64,000 nt of DNA. Origin: Chloroflexota bacterium. Lineage in GTDB: Bacteria; Chloroflexota; Dehalococcoidia; Lucifugimonadales; Lucifugimonadaceae. Within the stretch, counting starts at the first letter, position 1, and each line of letters opens with the position of its first letter. Below, in pieces: positions 1 through 9,505 of this stretch. Location of the stretch: assembly GCA_018650845.1 (NCBI GenBank), contig JABIFF010000021.1, forward strand, positions 16,163 to 80,162, read 5' to 3'. The translations under genes were made by a program, and so were the position numbers. The notes beneath the pieces are model-generated. The model did no database searches. It had not been told where the DNA came from and saw nothing but the letters and a program-made list of their open reading frames with translations.

Positions 1-414
1 CTTGCATCATTGCAGGAAGAGCGGGTACGTATCGTTGAAGATATTCAGCGAGCAGCTGCTGACGGTGACGTTCGTGAAAACGCTCCGCTTGAAGCTGCCC
101 GAGAAGCTCAGGGAATGACTATCGGTAAGATTCAGGAGCTTGAGGCCACCCTCAAAGTTGCTGTCATCATCGACGCCAAGGGCCAGGACAACACCCGAGT
201 TCACATCGGTTCGAAAATCGAACTAACTGAAATCAGCACCGACAAGACGGTCAAATACCAGCTTGTTGAGCCAAACGAAGCAAATCCGCTGGCTAGCAAG
301 ATCTCAATCGTGTCTCCTGTCGGTTCTGCAATTCTTGGTCATAAGCTCGGCGACGAGGTCAAGGTAAAGACTCCTCGTGGCCAGCAGGTGTACAAGATCA
401 GCAAAACTTCGTAA
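1..414 (+). CDS. greA: Transcription elongation factor GreA (5' end outside window)
   Basis: GDVRENAPLEAAREAQ and ISIVSPVGSAILGHKLGDEVKVKTPRG match GreA/GreB signatures. Confidence 0.9.
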   Translation, partial: LASLQEERVRIVEDIQRAAADGDVRENAPLEAAREAQGMTIGKIQELEATLKVAVIIDAKGQDNTRVHIGSKIELTEISTDKTVKYQLVEPNEANPLASKISIVSPVGSAILGHKLGDEVKVKTPRGQQVYKISKTS

Positions 415-560
415 TTTGGGAAATCGCTATTAGCGACCACTTGATAAACGATAGTTCTTCCGACTCTGAGTCCAATGTGCTAATTTACTCCGCGGATTCA
501 CGCGTCCTAAATTTCAAAAGCTCGAACATTACGCGAACAGCGTAGAAAGACGTATCTCTG

Positions 561-1547
561 TTGCTAGAGACCTTTAACCACTGGCTGATATTCAACGCCG
601 CACTAGTACTACTTCTAGTCTTCGACCTGCTCATCCTTTCTCGAAAGAGTCATGAAGTAGGAATGAAGGAAGCCGCCTGGCTCACCGTTTTCTGGACCCT
701 CGTGGCTGCAGTAGTTGGTGTGTGGGTCTACACGGCCGGCAATAGTCAGCAGGGGCTGGAGTACGTCACCGGCTACGTTGCGGAACGGGCGTTAAGTATC
801 GACAACCTGTTCGTATTTATCGTTATTTTCGGGTATTTCAATCTGCCGAAGAACTATCAGGCCAAAGGTCTGTTGTTCGGAATTATCGGTGCGCTGCTAG
901 CTAGAGCAATCTTTATCGGAATCGGTGTGGCTGTCATCACGGCATTCTCGTGGTTCCTATTCCTACTCGGAGCCTTCCTCATCTACACCGCCTACAAATT
1001 GGCGTTCGCGGGTGAACAGGAAGTCGACCCAAGCAAGAACATCACAGTTCGTCTCGCACGAAAATTTATGCCCGTTAGTACCGAGTACGACGGCACTAAA
1101 TTCTTCACCAAGATGAACGGTGTGAAAGCTATTACGCCGTTCCTACTGGTTGTACTTGTGCTCGGCACGACCGACGTTGTGTTCGCTATCGACTCGATTC
1201 CGACGGTGTTCGGAATTACCGATGACCCGTTCATCGTGTGGTCATCGAACGCCATGGCAGTTCTAGGAATGCGACCTCTGTTCTTCCTCTTGGTAGGAAT
1301 GGTTCGATTATTCCGGTACCTGCAGTACGGTCTCGCTGCGATCCTAGGATTCGTGGGGCTGAAGATGATCGTTGAAGAAGCGCTTCACGACTTCCACGTG
1401 ATCAGCGAACTAGGCGACATCTACCTCTCGCTAGGAATCATTGTTGGAATCCTTACAGGTAGCGTGCTTTTGTCGATCATTCTTCCCGGTGGCGATGAAG
1501 AGGAAGAAGGCGCTGAAGCGGCTGCGGCTTCGGATTCAGGCGAGTAA
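561..1547 (+). CDS. TerC/Alx family metal-homeostasis membrane protein
   Basis: ERALSIDNLFVF and DVVFAIDSIP motifs, multiple TM helices. Confidence 0.92.
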   Translation: MLETFNHWLIFNAALVLLLVFDLLILSRKSHEVGMKEAAWLTVFWTLVAAVVGVWVYTAGNSQQGLEYVTGYVAERALSIDNLFVFIVIFGYFNLPKNYQAKGLLFGIIGALLARAIFIGIGVAVITAFSWFLFLLGAFLIYTAYKLAFAGEQEVDPSKNITVRLARKFMPVSTEYDGTKFFTKMNGVKAITPFLLVVLVLGTTDVVFAIDSIPTVFGITDDPFIVWSSNAMAVLGMRPLFFLLVGMVRLFRYLQYGLAAILGFVGLKMIVEEALHDFHVISELGDIYLSLGIIVGILTGSVLLSIILPGGDEEEEGAEAAAASDSGE

Positions 1548-1549
1548 GA

Positions 1550-4459
1550 GTGGTTGTTTCTAAGGGCTGGAAACCGAACTCCGCAACTAAAGATCTGGAA
1601 GCTGACCTACTCTCCGCTGTAAGCGGCGAGGTGCGATTCGATGACATCTCAAGGCAGATGTACTCGACCGACGCCTCTCTCTATCGAATCGAGCCTGTCG
1701 GAGTAGTTATTCCGCGGGATGCTGCCGATGTTCAGGCCGTGCTCGAAATCGCCGGTAAGAACGGTGTTTCCGTGCTGCCACGTGGTGGTGGAACCGGTCT
1801 TTCGGGTCAAACGGTGAACCACTCTGTTGTGCTCGATTTTTCGAAGTACATGCACAACGTCATCGAGATAAACAAAGAAGAGCAATGGGTGAAAACCCAG
1901 CCGGGCGTAACGATCGACGAGTTGAATCGTCAGCTCAAACCTTCAGGCCTATTCTTTACTCCCGACCCAAGCACATCCAGCCGCGCCAATGTCGGCGGGG
2001 CGATGGGTAATAACTCCTGCGGAACTCACTCGATTATCTACGGCAAGACTGTCGATCACGTCCTAGAAATGGATGTCACGCTTTCAGACGGCACGCAGAC
2101 CAACTTTGGCATGCGAGATGCCGCCGCACTTACCGGACTTCTTCGTAAAGAAGGCATCGAAGGCGATATTTACCGTGGCGTCACTGAGATTTCTGCGAAT
2201 GCGGCGAGCTTAGTAGAAACCAAATTTCCAAAAGTTCTTCGACGTGTGGGTGGATACAACATCGACCGCACCCAAGATCCGTCAGCGCTGAATTTGACCC
2301 AGGTCATGGTCGGTTCCGAAGGGACTCTTGCCGCGGTAACCGCTGCCAAACTGAACCTTGTAAAGATTCCAAAGCACAAAGTCTTCGGAGTCGTACATTT
2401 CAATAGCCTGATTGAATCGATGGAAGCGACCGTAGCGATTCTCGAAGAGTCACCAGCTGCTATCGAACACGTTGGGCAGCTGATCATCGAACAATCACGC
2501 CGGTCGCTCGGCTTCTCCCGTGCAACAGGGTTCCTTCAGGGCGAGCCTACCGACGTTTTGGTAGTCGAATTTAGTGGTGACGACGAAGCGGAAACCCGCT
2601 CGCGACTCGACAATATGGTCGAAAAACTCGATCGTCTAAAACTTGGTTATGCCACTACCAAGCTCTACAACGCTGCTGAACAAGCTCAGGTCGCCGATTT
2701 CAGGCGTGCAGGTCTCGGCCTGCTCATGAATGTAGACGGCCCAGCCAAGCCTCTCGCATTCGTTGAAGACACAGCTGTTTCGCCCGAAAAACTTCCCGCG
2801 TATGTTGCTCGATTCGACGAAATCGTCAAGAGCCACGGCACTGAAGCCGGGTACTACGGCCATGCCAGTGTCGGGTGTCTCCACATCCGTCCGCTGATCA
2901 ATATCAAAACTCGGGACGGTATGGAGAAGATGGAGGCGATTGCAACCGATATCGCCGATCTAGTTCAAGAGTTCGACGGTGCGTACTCCGGCGAGCACGG
3001 CGACGGAATCGTGCGTGGATTCTTCACTGAAAAATTGTTCGGTAAAGAACTTACTGACGCCTTTAGAGACATCAAGAATGTGTTTGATCCAACCGGGATT
3101 ATGAATCCTGGGAAGATCTTTGACACTCCCGATATCAAAGAGAATCTCAGGTTCGGCGACACGTACCGAGCTCCAGAAATTACAACCCGGCTTGATTTCA
3201 AAAAAGAAGGCGGTTTCGTAGCCGCTGTCGAGATGTGCAACGGGGTTGGTGCTTGCCGCAAGCTTCATGCAGGTGCGATGTGCCCTTCGTACATGGCCAC
3301 CCGCGAAGAACAGCACACAACTCGTGGCCGAGCGAACACATTGCGGGGAGTCCTATCGGGTTCACTTCCGCACGAGGGGCTCGGCTCCAAAAATATTCTG
3401 AACGTTCTCGATCTCTGTCTTGAGTGCAAATCATGCAAGGCTGAATGCCCATCGAACGTCGATATGGCGAAGATCAAGTACGAATTCTTGAATCAGTACT
3501 ACAAAACGAACAAGGTACCGCTTCGTTCGAAACTTGTAGCCGACATTCACCGAATGAGTTCTCTTTCGGCGCCAGTGGCACCTATCGCCAACATGGTTAA
3601 CCGATCAGCACCTGTCAGGTTCCTATTGGAAAAAGCGGTTGGATTCGACCGGACTCGTCCTGCCCCTAAAGTCGTGCGAAACACGTTTCAGAAATGGTTC
3701 AGTAACCATAATTCTCAGGCAGCGAGTCCACGTGGCAAGATCGTTCTATTTCACGATACGTTCATGAACTTTAATCACCCGAGCATCGGCATTTCTGCCA
3801 CTCGAGTGCTTGAAGCTCTCGGCTACGAAGTAGTGGTGCTGAAAGACCGCAAATGCTGTGGTCGACCAATGATTTCGAAGGGTCTACTCGATCAGGCGGG
3901 CGATAACGCTCGCCACAACGTCGGTCTGCTTCACCCATATGTGGAGCAAGGCGTGAAAATCGTTGGTTGCGAAGCGAGCTGTGTATCGGCAATGACCGAC
4001 GACTGGCCAGATCTTCTCAACAACGACGAGAAGGCCAAAGCAGTCGCTGATTCAGTGGTGACTATCGAAGATTTGATAGTTGAAACCAACGGTGATGATG
4101 GCCAGCAGATCAAATGGTCAGACGCCAAGAAAGAAGTCAATTTCTTTGGGCATTGTCACCAGCGAGCGCTTACCGGAACATCCAATTCCGTCAAAGCCTT
4201 GAACATTCCTTCAGGATTTGAAGCAAGCGAAATTTCTGCTGGTTGCTGCGGAATGGCTGGCTCTTTCGGCTACGAAAAGGGACACGTAGATATTGCTACG
4301 GCAGCGGGTGAAGATCGCCTGTTCCCTGCCATCCGTGAAGCCGGATCGAACGTAGAAATCGCGACTTCGGGTGTTTCTTGTCGAGAGCAGATCGGGTTCA
4401 ACACCCCTCGAGAATCACGACACGTTGTTGAAATTCTGGCTGACGCTCTCTTCGACTAG
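1550..4459 (+). CDS. FAD-linked oxidase fused to Fe-S/CCG domains (GlcD/GlcF, YdiJ-like 2-hydroxyacid dehydrogenase)
   Basis: PRGGGTGLSGQ FAD motif, SGEHGDG, CNGVGAC, CLECKSCKAECP ferredoxin motif, CCG motifs. Confidence 0.9.
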   Translation: MVVSKGWKPNSATKDLEADLLSAVSGEVRFDDISRQMYSTDASLYRIEPVGVVIPRDAADVQAVLEIAGKNGVSVLPRGGGTGLSGQTVNHSVVLDFSKYMHNVIEINKEEQWVKTQPGVTIDELNRQLKPSGLFFTPDPSTSSRANVGGAMGNNSCGTHSIIYGKTVDHVLEMDVTLSDGTQTNFGMRDAAALTGLLRKEGIEGDIYRGVTEISANAASLVETKFPKVLRRVGGYNIDRTQDPSALNLTQVMVGSEGTLAAVTAAKLNLVKIPKHKVFGVVHFNSLIESMEATVAILEESPAAIEHVGQLIIEQSRRSLGFSRATGFLQGEPTDVLVVEFSGDDEAETRSRLDNMVEKLDRLKLGYATTKLYNAAEQAQVADFRRAGLGLLMNVDGPAKPLAFVEDTAVSPEKLPAYVARFDEIVKSHGTEAGYYGHASVGCLHIRPLINIKTRDGMEKMEAIATDIADLVQEFDGAYSGEHGDGIVRGFFTEKLFGKELTDAFRDIKNVFDPTGIMNPGKIFDTPDIKENLRFGDTYRAPEITTRLDFKKEGGFVAAVEMCNGVGACRKLHAGAMCPSYMATREEQHTTRGRANTLRGVLSGSLPHEGLGSKNILNVLDLCLECKSCKAECPSNVDMAKIKYEFLNQYYKTNKVPLRSKLVADIHRMSSLSAPVAPIANMVNRSAPVRFLLEKAVGFDRTRPAPKVVRNTFQKWFSNHNSQAASPRGKIVLFHDTFMNFNHPSIGISATRVLEALGYEVVVLKDRKCCGRPMISKGLLDQAGDNARHNVGLLHPYVEQGVKIVGCEASCVSAMTDDWPDLLNNDEKAKAVADSVVTIEDLIVETNGDDGQQIKWSDAKKEVNFFGHCHQRALTGTSNSVKALNIPSGFEASEISAGCCGMAGSFGYEKGHVDIATAAGEDRLFPAIREAGSNVEIATSGVSCREQIGFNTPRESRHVVEILADALFD

Positions 4460-4510
4460 ATTCACCGAATCTTCGTAGCGCTTTCGCTCGATCACACCCG
4501 CTTAGTCTGC

Positions 4511-5809
4511 CTAGGTCATCGGAACGGTGTATGCCGCCGATGGCATGAGATAAACGGTCGGATCGTTTCGGTCTAAAGCTGCCATATCTGCGAAAGCTTT
4601 ACTCACGGCGTCGTCTAGCGATTCAGTTGTTCGCCCTCGCATCATATTCACTTCGTCGTCGGTCATTTCCGTTACGACGTACGTGATCGGCGCTTTCTGA
4701 ATGGTCGAGAGTGCGGTTTGTCCATTTATTTCGCTCTCTTTTCGAAGACCAGCGATGATCGCTTCTCGACTGCCCAGCTTCAACCATTTTGCGAACTGAT
4801 CACCTCCGAGTCCTTCAGGACACGGTGCCAGCAGGATGATTCGACCATCCGGTTTCACTGCTTGATAAGCGTTGAATAAAGCCTTGTGTGTTTGAACGAA
4901 ATTCTGTGTTGATGGTGAGGCGGCGATCACGATATCTGCCTGCTCAGTGATATCGACTACAAACTGCTTGTGAGCCAGTTTTGTCGCTTCAACGTGAGCT
5001 GCCGCCATATCGCCCGCGAACACGGCGGCGATCTCGCTGTCTCTATTTAGCACGGTGTTGACGATGTAGTCGATGTGACTCTGCTGGGCTGCTTCGAGCA
5101 TGTCTTCAGCCACCGGGTTGCCGTCGAGACTGCCTATTTTCACAGCGGGATCAATTTCGTCTTCGGTTGGGTGAAGATTCATCGAGTGATTGCTGGCGAT
5201 AGACGATATCGAAGCAACGCCAGGAACGATCGATTTTCGACCACCGCCAAATCCGCCAAAGTAGTGAAGTACTACGGCTCCAGTAGCGATTATTCGATCG
5301 GCTTCGTGCACTCGTTTGTTGAGATGAACTTTGGTGCCACGGCTTGTTGTACCGGCGTAAACAAGATTCGATTCATCACGAGGATCATGTGCGAACGCCT
5401 GATCTTTGAATCGTTCGTAAATATCGTCGCCAAGGATCTTTCGTTCTTCGTCTGGGGTAGGCCCTCGATGGGTTCCAGTTGCGTAGATGAACGAGATATC
5501 TTTCGGATCGATTCCCGCTTCTATCAATCCATCTACAAGCACAGGCAGCACCTGCTCGATTCGAGTGGTGCGGAACGAATCAGGCACGACTATTGCAACT
5601 GTTTCGCCTGGGCTCACGATCTCAAAGATGTTTTTATCAAGACCTATTGGCGACTCAATCGCTTGCCGAATGGCGTTGTTTCTATCATCCAGATTGCCAG
5701 CCAATCCGGGTGTATCCGTAACGTCCAATGTGCCAACTAATTTACCGGCAGGCAGAGTGCTACAAAGTGTTTTACTGCCGTACGGAATATTGATTTCAAG
5801 CGTGCTCAT
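4511..5809 (-). CDS. larA: Nickel-pincer-dependent lactate racemase family (LarA) 2-hydroxyacid racemase/epimerase
   Basis: ATGTHR, HYFGGFGGGRKSIVPG and QTHKAL motifs; start placed at MSTLEINIPYG (ATG 5809). Confidence 0.85.
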   Translation of the reverse strand: MSTLEINIPYGSKTLCSTLPAGKLVGTLDVTDTPGLAGNLDDRNNAIRQAIESPIGLDKNIFEIVSPGETVAIVVPDSFRTTRIEQVLPVLVDGLIEAGIDPKDISFIYATGTHRGPTPDEERKILGDDIYERFKDQAFAHDPRDESNLVYAGTTSRGTKVHLNKRVHEADRIIATGAVVLHYFGGFGGGRKSIVPGVASISSIASNHSMNLHPTEDEIDPAVKIGSLDGNPVAEDMLEAAQQSHIDYIVNTVLNRDSEIAAVFAGDMAAAHVEATKLAHKQFVVDITEQADIVIAASPSTQNFVQTHKALFNAYQAVKPDGRIILLAPCPEGLGGDQFAKWLKLGSREAIIAGLRKESEINGQTALSTIQKAPITYVVTEMTDDEVNMMRGRTTESLDDAVSKAFADMAALDRNDPTVYLMPSAAYTVPMT

Positions 5810-6109
5810 TATCGTGTGAATCCCTTGGCGAAATACGGTTCCAAATCTCAGACAGAAGCCAGTCTGCACGAGAGAACAACTGGTGAATACCCGATCATCA
5901 GAATGCTTTCGTGAAGATTTCCAAATCAGTTTCAGCAGGAGGTCTCGCAACGATTCAACATCACACCAACACAACTGAATATCTCAAATAGAACACATCC
6001 GTCGCTTCAAGCGGTACACTTCCGCCATCTAACTACTAAGTCGGAAACTGGCCGAACGGCAGCATAATTTTCAACTTAGGATCGGCAAAAACGACTACGG
6101 AGTATCACT

Positions 6110-6877
6110 GTGGCTACCCAAAACGGAACATCAGCAAAACTTACCGAACCACTGTTCGGCACAGCTGAAAACGCAAGAATGACCGGCACTGGTCCAGCGA
6201 TTTGGCTGGCTGGCGACCCCGAAGATCTTCCTGAATGGCTCGATGCCGGAGCTGCTGGGATCGTGACTAACACGGTTGTGCTCAACCAGATGGTTCAAAA
6301 GTACGGCCAGATAACTGAACTCACCCAGCGATATCTCGATATCACCGACAAGCCTGTTGTAATCGAAATCGATGGACATTCGACTCAGGAACTGCTCGAC
6401 GTTGGTGAAGTGTTCACCAAAATGTCCGACCAGATCATTCTAAAAATTCCTGCAACAACTTACGCACTTGGTGCTTTTGCAGAACTAAAAAAGGCTGGTG
6501 TTCCAACCTTCTGCACAACGGTATTTTCGCTTCCTCAGGCTGCAGCGGTTGCGCAGGCCGGGGTGACTCACGTTCTGCCGTTCTGTGAACCATTCAGCGA
6601 CGTTGGTGGCGATCCTACCAAGCTAATTCGTGATTGCCAGGACATGTTCGATGGCTGGGCAGACCGACCGTTTGTAACAGCTGCGTTGGTTCGTTCAGTG
6701 GCAACCGCTGAAGCTGCACTCAGAGACGGAGCCGATGGAATCATCGTGTTCTGGCCAGTGTTCAAAGACATGATGCAGAATCACCTAACTGACGAATGGA
6801 ACACAACGTTCCTAAACGAATGGAATTCGATGAACGACGCTGGTCTACTCAAAGATCTTCCAGTTCAGTCACACTAG
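6110..6877 (+). CDS. Transaldolase/fructose-6-phosphate aldolase family protein (divergent)
   Basis: GIVTNT, ILKIP (Schiff-base Lys), TTVFSLPQAAAVAQAG. Confidence 0.75.
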   Translation: MATQNGTSAKLTEPLFGTAENARMTGTGPAIWLAGDPEDLPEWLDAGAAGIVTNTVVLNQMVQKYGQITELTQRYLDITDKPVVIEIDGHSTQELLDVGEVFTKMSDQIILKIPATTYALGAFAELKKAGVPTFCTTVFSLPQAAAVAQAGVTHVLPFCEPFSDVGGDPTKLIRDCQDMFDGWADRPFVTAALVRSVATAEAALRDGADGIIVFWPVFKDMMQNHLTDEWNTTFLNEWNSMNDAGLLKDLPVQSH

Positions 6878-6930
6878 TCCATTCGCCTCTTAACGAAATC
6901 TAAGTTCCAGATATTCCTAGAACTTAAAGA

Positions 6931-6974
6931 TAGAAAGGGCATTCTCCGGGCCGGGTGGAGAATGCCCTTTTCTA
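6931..6974. terminator. Bidirectional intrinsic terminator between convergent transaldolase and archaellin genes
   Basis: AAAGGGCATTCTCC...GGAGAATGCCCTTTT inverted repeat with A/T tails. Confidence 0.8.
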
Positions 6975-7123
6975 TTAGGACTGTCGGACCGCCCCGTCAG
7001 CAGAAATACTGAGGGGTTTAGCGTTTAAGCTCCCGGGGCGGGCCATTGGCCATCGCACCTATGTTTGTCCGGCCGGGACGAACAAGGGCACTGCAAATAC
7101 ACGCTGATGAAAAACTAACGTTG

Positions 7124-7837
7124 TTAGTTCATGTTCATCACTGCACGCAGTCCGGGAGGGACCGAACGTTGAATCGTTAGAGGTGATCCTGTCTGTGGAC
7201 TCATCTCAAGGACGAACCTTGTACTTTTGACGACAAGCGCATCGGTACTGGTTAGCCCTGTGGCACCACCACCGTTAGCTGAAGAGCCGTCGGTGTAGGC
7301 AATAGAGTTATTCAAAGCAGTGTCTACACCCGTTATACGGTCCATAAGCCAGACGGTTATTTCTGCTTTTTCGCCATCTTCTAGAAGTGTGTCGCCGTTA
7401 TTGTTGCCAATGAAATTCGTCGACCAAGGGACATCGCTCAAGCGCTGATTTTCATCAGCATACGAGACGATTGTCGCAGCAGTATTAGAAGGAACAATGT
7501 CAGGATCGGTACCTGAGTCATCCCACGTATACGGCGGTGTCAGATCTACAGGCTCTCCGGCGAGTGAGTTTTGCACCACGAAGACGATTTTATGAACCGC
7601 CCGTGTGCTTCCTACATAGCCAGAGAACGCAAACGCTGAACCTGCTTGACGCAGACCCGTCCGAGTCTCTTTAAGACCGGCGTGAATCGTTTGCTTGTTT
7701 GCCTCAGATGAGAACACACCTGCTGAAAGAATCGTGAATGCGAACACTGAAGCCACAACCACGAATGCAATTAGCACGATCGCTGTTTCAAGACCCGTTA
7801 TACCTTTTTGCTGGCTACGGGATCCTTTCAGGACCAT
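7124..7837 (-). CDS. arlB: Archaellin (archaeal-type flagellin, ArlB/FlaB family)
   Basis: Class III signal peptide KG|ITGLETAIVLIAFVVVASVFAFTILSAG; LLEDGEKAEITV near the C-terminus. Confidence 0.9.
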   Translation of the reverse strand: MVLKGSRSQQKGITGLETAIVLIAFVVVASVFAFTILSAGVFSSEANKQTIHAGLKETRTGLRQAGSAFAFSGYVGSTRAVHKIVFVVQNSLAGEPVDLTPPYTWDDSGTDPDIVPSNTAATIVSYADENQRLSDVPWSTNFIGNNNGDTLLEDGEKAEITVWLMDRITGVDTALNNSIAYTDGSSANGGGATGLTSTDALVVKSTRFVLEMSPQTGSPLTIQRSVPPGLRAVMNMN

Positions 7838-8266
7838 AATCGTTACCCCTTACTTATACCGCTCGACCTATACGACAACAACGAGAACCCCCTCGCTGTT
7901 ATTTAGATCGCCCACTCGTTTTTATTTGAGTGCTGGCCGGGCGGATAAGTTCTAATATGTCGCCCTTCCACCATGCAAACATCGTGGAAACTACCTAGTG
8001 CCATCCGTGAAACGCGGTAATTAACAGCACCTACTGAGTGCCCGTAAAGCCGTAGTACAGCATGGATGGCAGTGCTTATAACCAGTTCAACTTGGGCATT
8101 TCAGGAGTGACTACACAGTGTCGAGCCCCACTGGAAGGGGCTCAATTTTCCCAAAGCTGGGGAATTCACGATTTGTGCATATTTACGAGTGCACTACAGG
8201 TAAACCCCCACGCAAATAGTTCGAGTGGGGCTGTGTGAGCGCTACAAGTGGAGATAGAACGAATGT

Positions 8267-9406
8267 CTAGCTACGGAGGATTTCGTTCAAACGTTCGGCA
8301 ATGATGATCTCTTCGCCATCCTGCACGTTCACCATCACGATGTTGATCTCTGCTCGACTTCCGCCACCGCCAACGTAAATGCCGGGGTCGCCATCTTCGA
8401 GCTGCTGCTTGATCTCATCTATAGAAGGACCATCGAAGTTATCGTCGAAGTAAAGAACAGGCTGTGGTCCCTGGCGTTCGGCGGGATCATCTTCGATCAC
8501 AACACGTAGGCCGGCAATGCCAGTGAGTCGTTCTGCAACGAACTCAGCCTTAGAGTGCCACCCTGCTAGCTCAGCGGCTTCATCTGAATCGGTAAACAGC
8601 TGTAGAGCCGTGACCATTCCTACGATGTTCTCCTTAGAAACCTTCATAGGTCGACCTATACCCGCAACTGAAGAATCGAGGTTCAGCGAGTTCATCACTA
8701 CGGCTTCCATTAGCTCAGCCTTGCCAGCAAGTACTCCTGCTGACTGTGGACCACCGATGCCCTTACCACCGCTAAACGCCACCATATCGGCGCCCATATT
8801 GTGGAATTTAGAAAGATTTGATCGAGGTGGCACTTCGGCTGCGGCATCGACGATCACGGGTACGCCGTGTTCGTGAGCAACACGAATAGTCTCTCCTAGT
8901 CCGATACCAGCTGGCACGAACGGAGCAACCACGTAAGCAATGCACGCTGTGTTCTCGTTTATCGCAGCTTCGAGATCGTCTGTAGTTACTGAATCGACAG
9001 ATCCGTACTCAACCAGAGTGGCCCCGGCAGTCACGAACGCCTTGTCGTAACGATTGCGCTGTCCTTTAAAGAGAATGACTTCGTTCTTCATTCCGGTGGT
9101 ATCGGGAAGCTGCTCGACGTTAGATTCACTCTGACCCGTCATACATGCCGCAACCATCAGCACCTGGGCTGCTGAACATCCAGCAGTGACCAATCCACGT
9201 TCAGCCCCGCATGAGCGAGCTACAACCTCACCAGCAGCGAGGTTCAGCTTCTTGATGTCGATAAAGGCGTTTGCGGCGTCGTCCATCGCCTGTCGCACTT
9301 CTGGACCCATTATCGAGCCACCTAAGGCAGTAACCCAGCTCTGAGCGTTGATGATGGGCGATACTCCGAGTTTTTTATATACCTCGGGCCAAACGCGTTC
9401 AGTCAT
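8267..9406 (-). CDS. SelA-like PLP-dependent enzyme (DgaE-like family)
   Basis: VPVIVDAAAE, FSGGKGIGGPQ (PLP Lys), IGRPMKVSKE. Confidence 0.82.
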   Translation of the reverse strand: MTERVWPEVYKKLGVSPIINAQSWVTALGGSIMGPEVRQAMDDAANAFIDIKKLNLAAGEVVARSCGAERGLVTAGCSAAQVLMVAACMTGQSESNVEQLPDTTGMKNEVILFKGQRNRYDKAFVTAGATLVEYGSVDSVTTDDLEAAINENTACIAYVVAPFVPAGIGLGETIRVAHEHGVPVIVDAAAEVPPRSNLSKFHNMGADMVAFSGGKGIGGPQSAGVLAGKAELMEAVVMNSLNLDSSVAGIGRPMKVSKENIVGMVTALQLFTDSDEAAELAGWHSKAEFVAERLTGIAGLRVVIEDDPAERQGPQPVLYFDDNFDGPSIDEIKQQLEDGDPGIYVGGGGSRAEINIVMVNVQDGEEIIIAERLNEILRS

Positions 9407-9505
9407 ACGGAATCTCCACTTCGTATTGCAGTGCCCAAGTACGGGCCTACCTAACGAGGCGGAATTCTACAGATGATTTTTTAGTTTGGGGGGCAGACCG
9501 GAGTA

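Noticed and set aside
415-560. yybP-ykoY Mn riboswitch upstream of terC
   Set aside because: Expected from the gene family, but I could not see the consensus.
7940-7956. LexA box upstream of the archaellin gene
   Set aside because: Only one half-site (GTTCTAAT); the other half (GCGG) does not match.
8267-9406. True selenocysteine synthase selA
   Set aside because: Shorter than SelA, no selB/selC nearby, and motifs fit the SelA-like/DgaE group.
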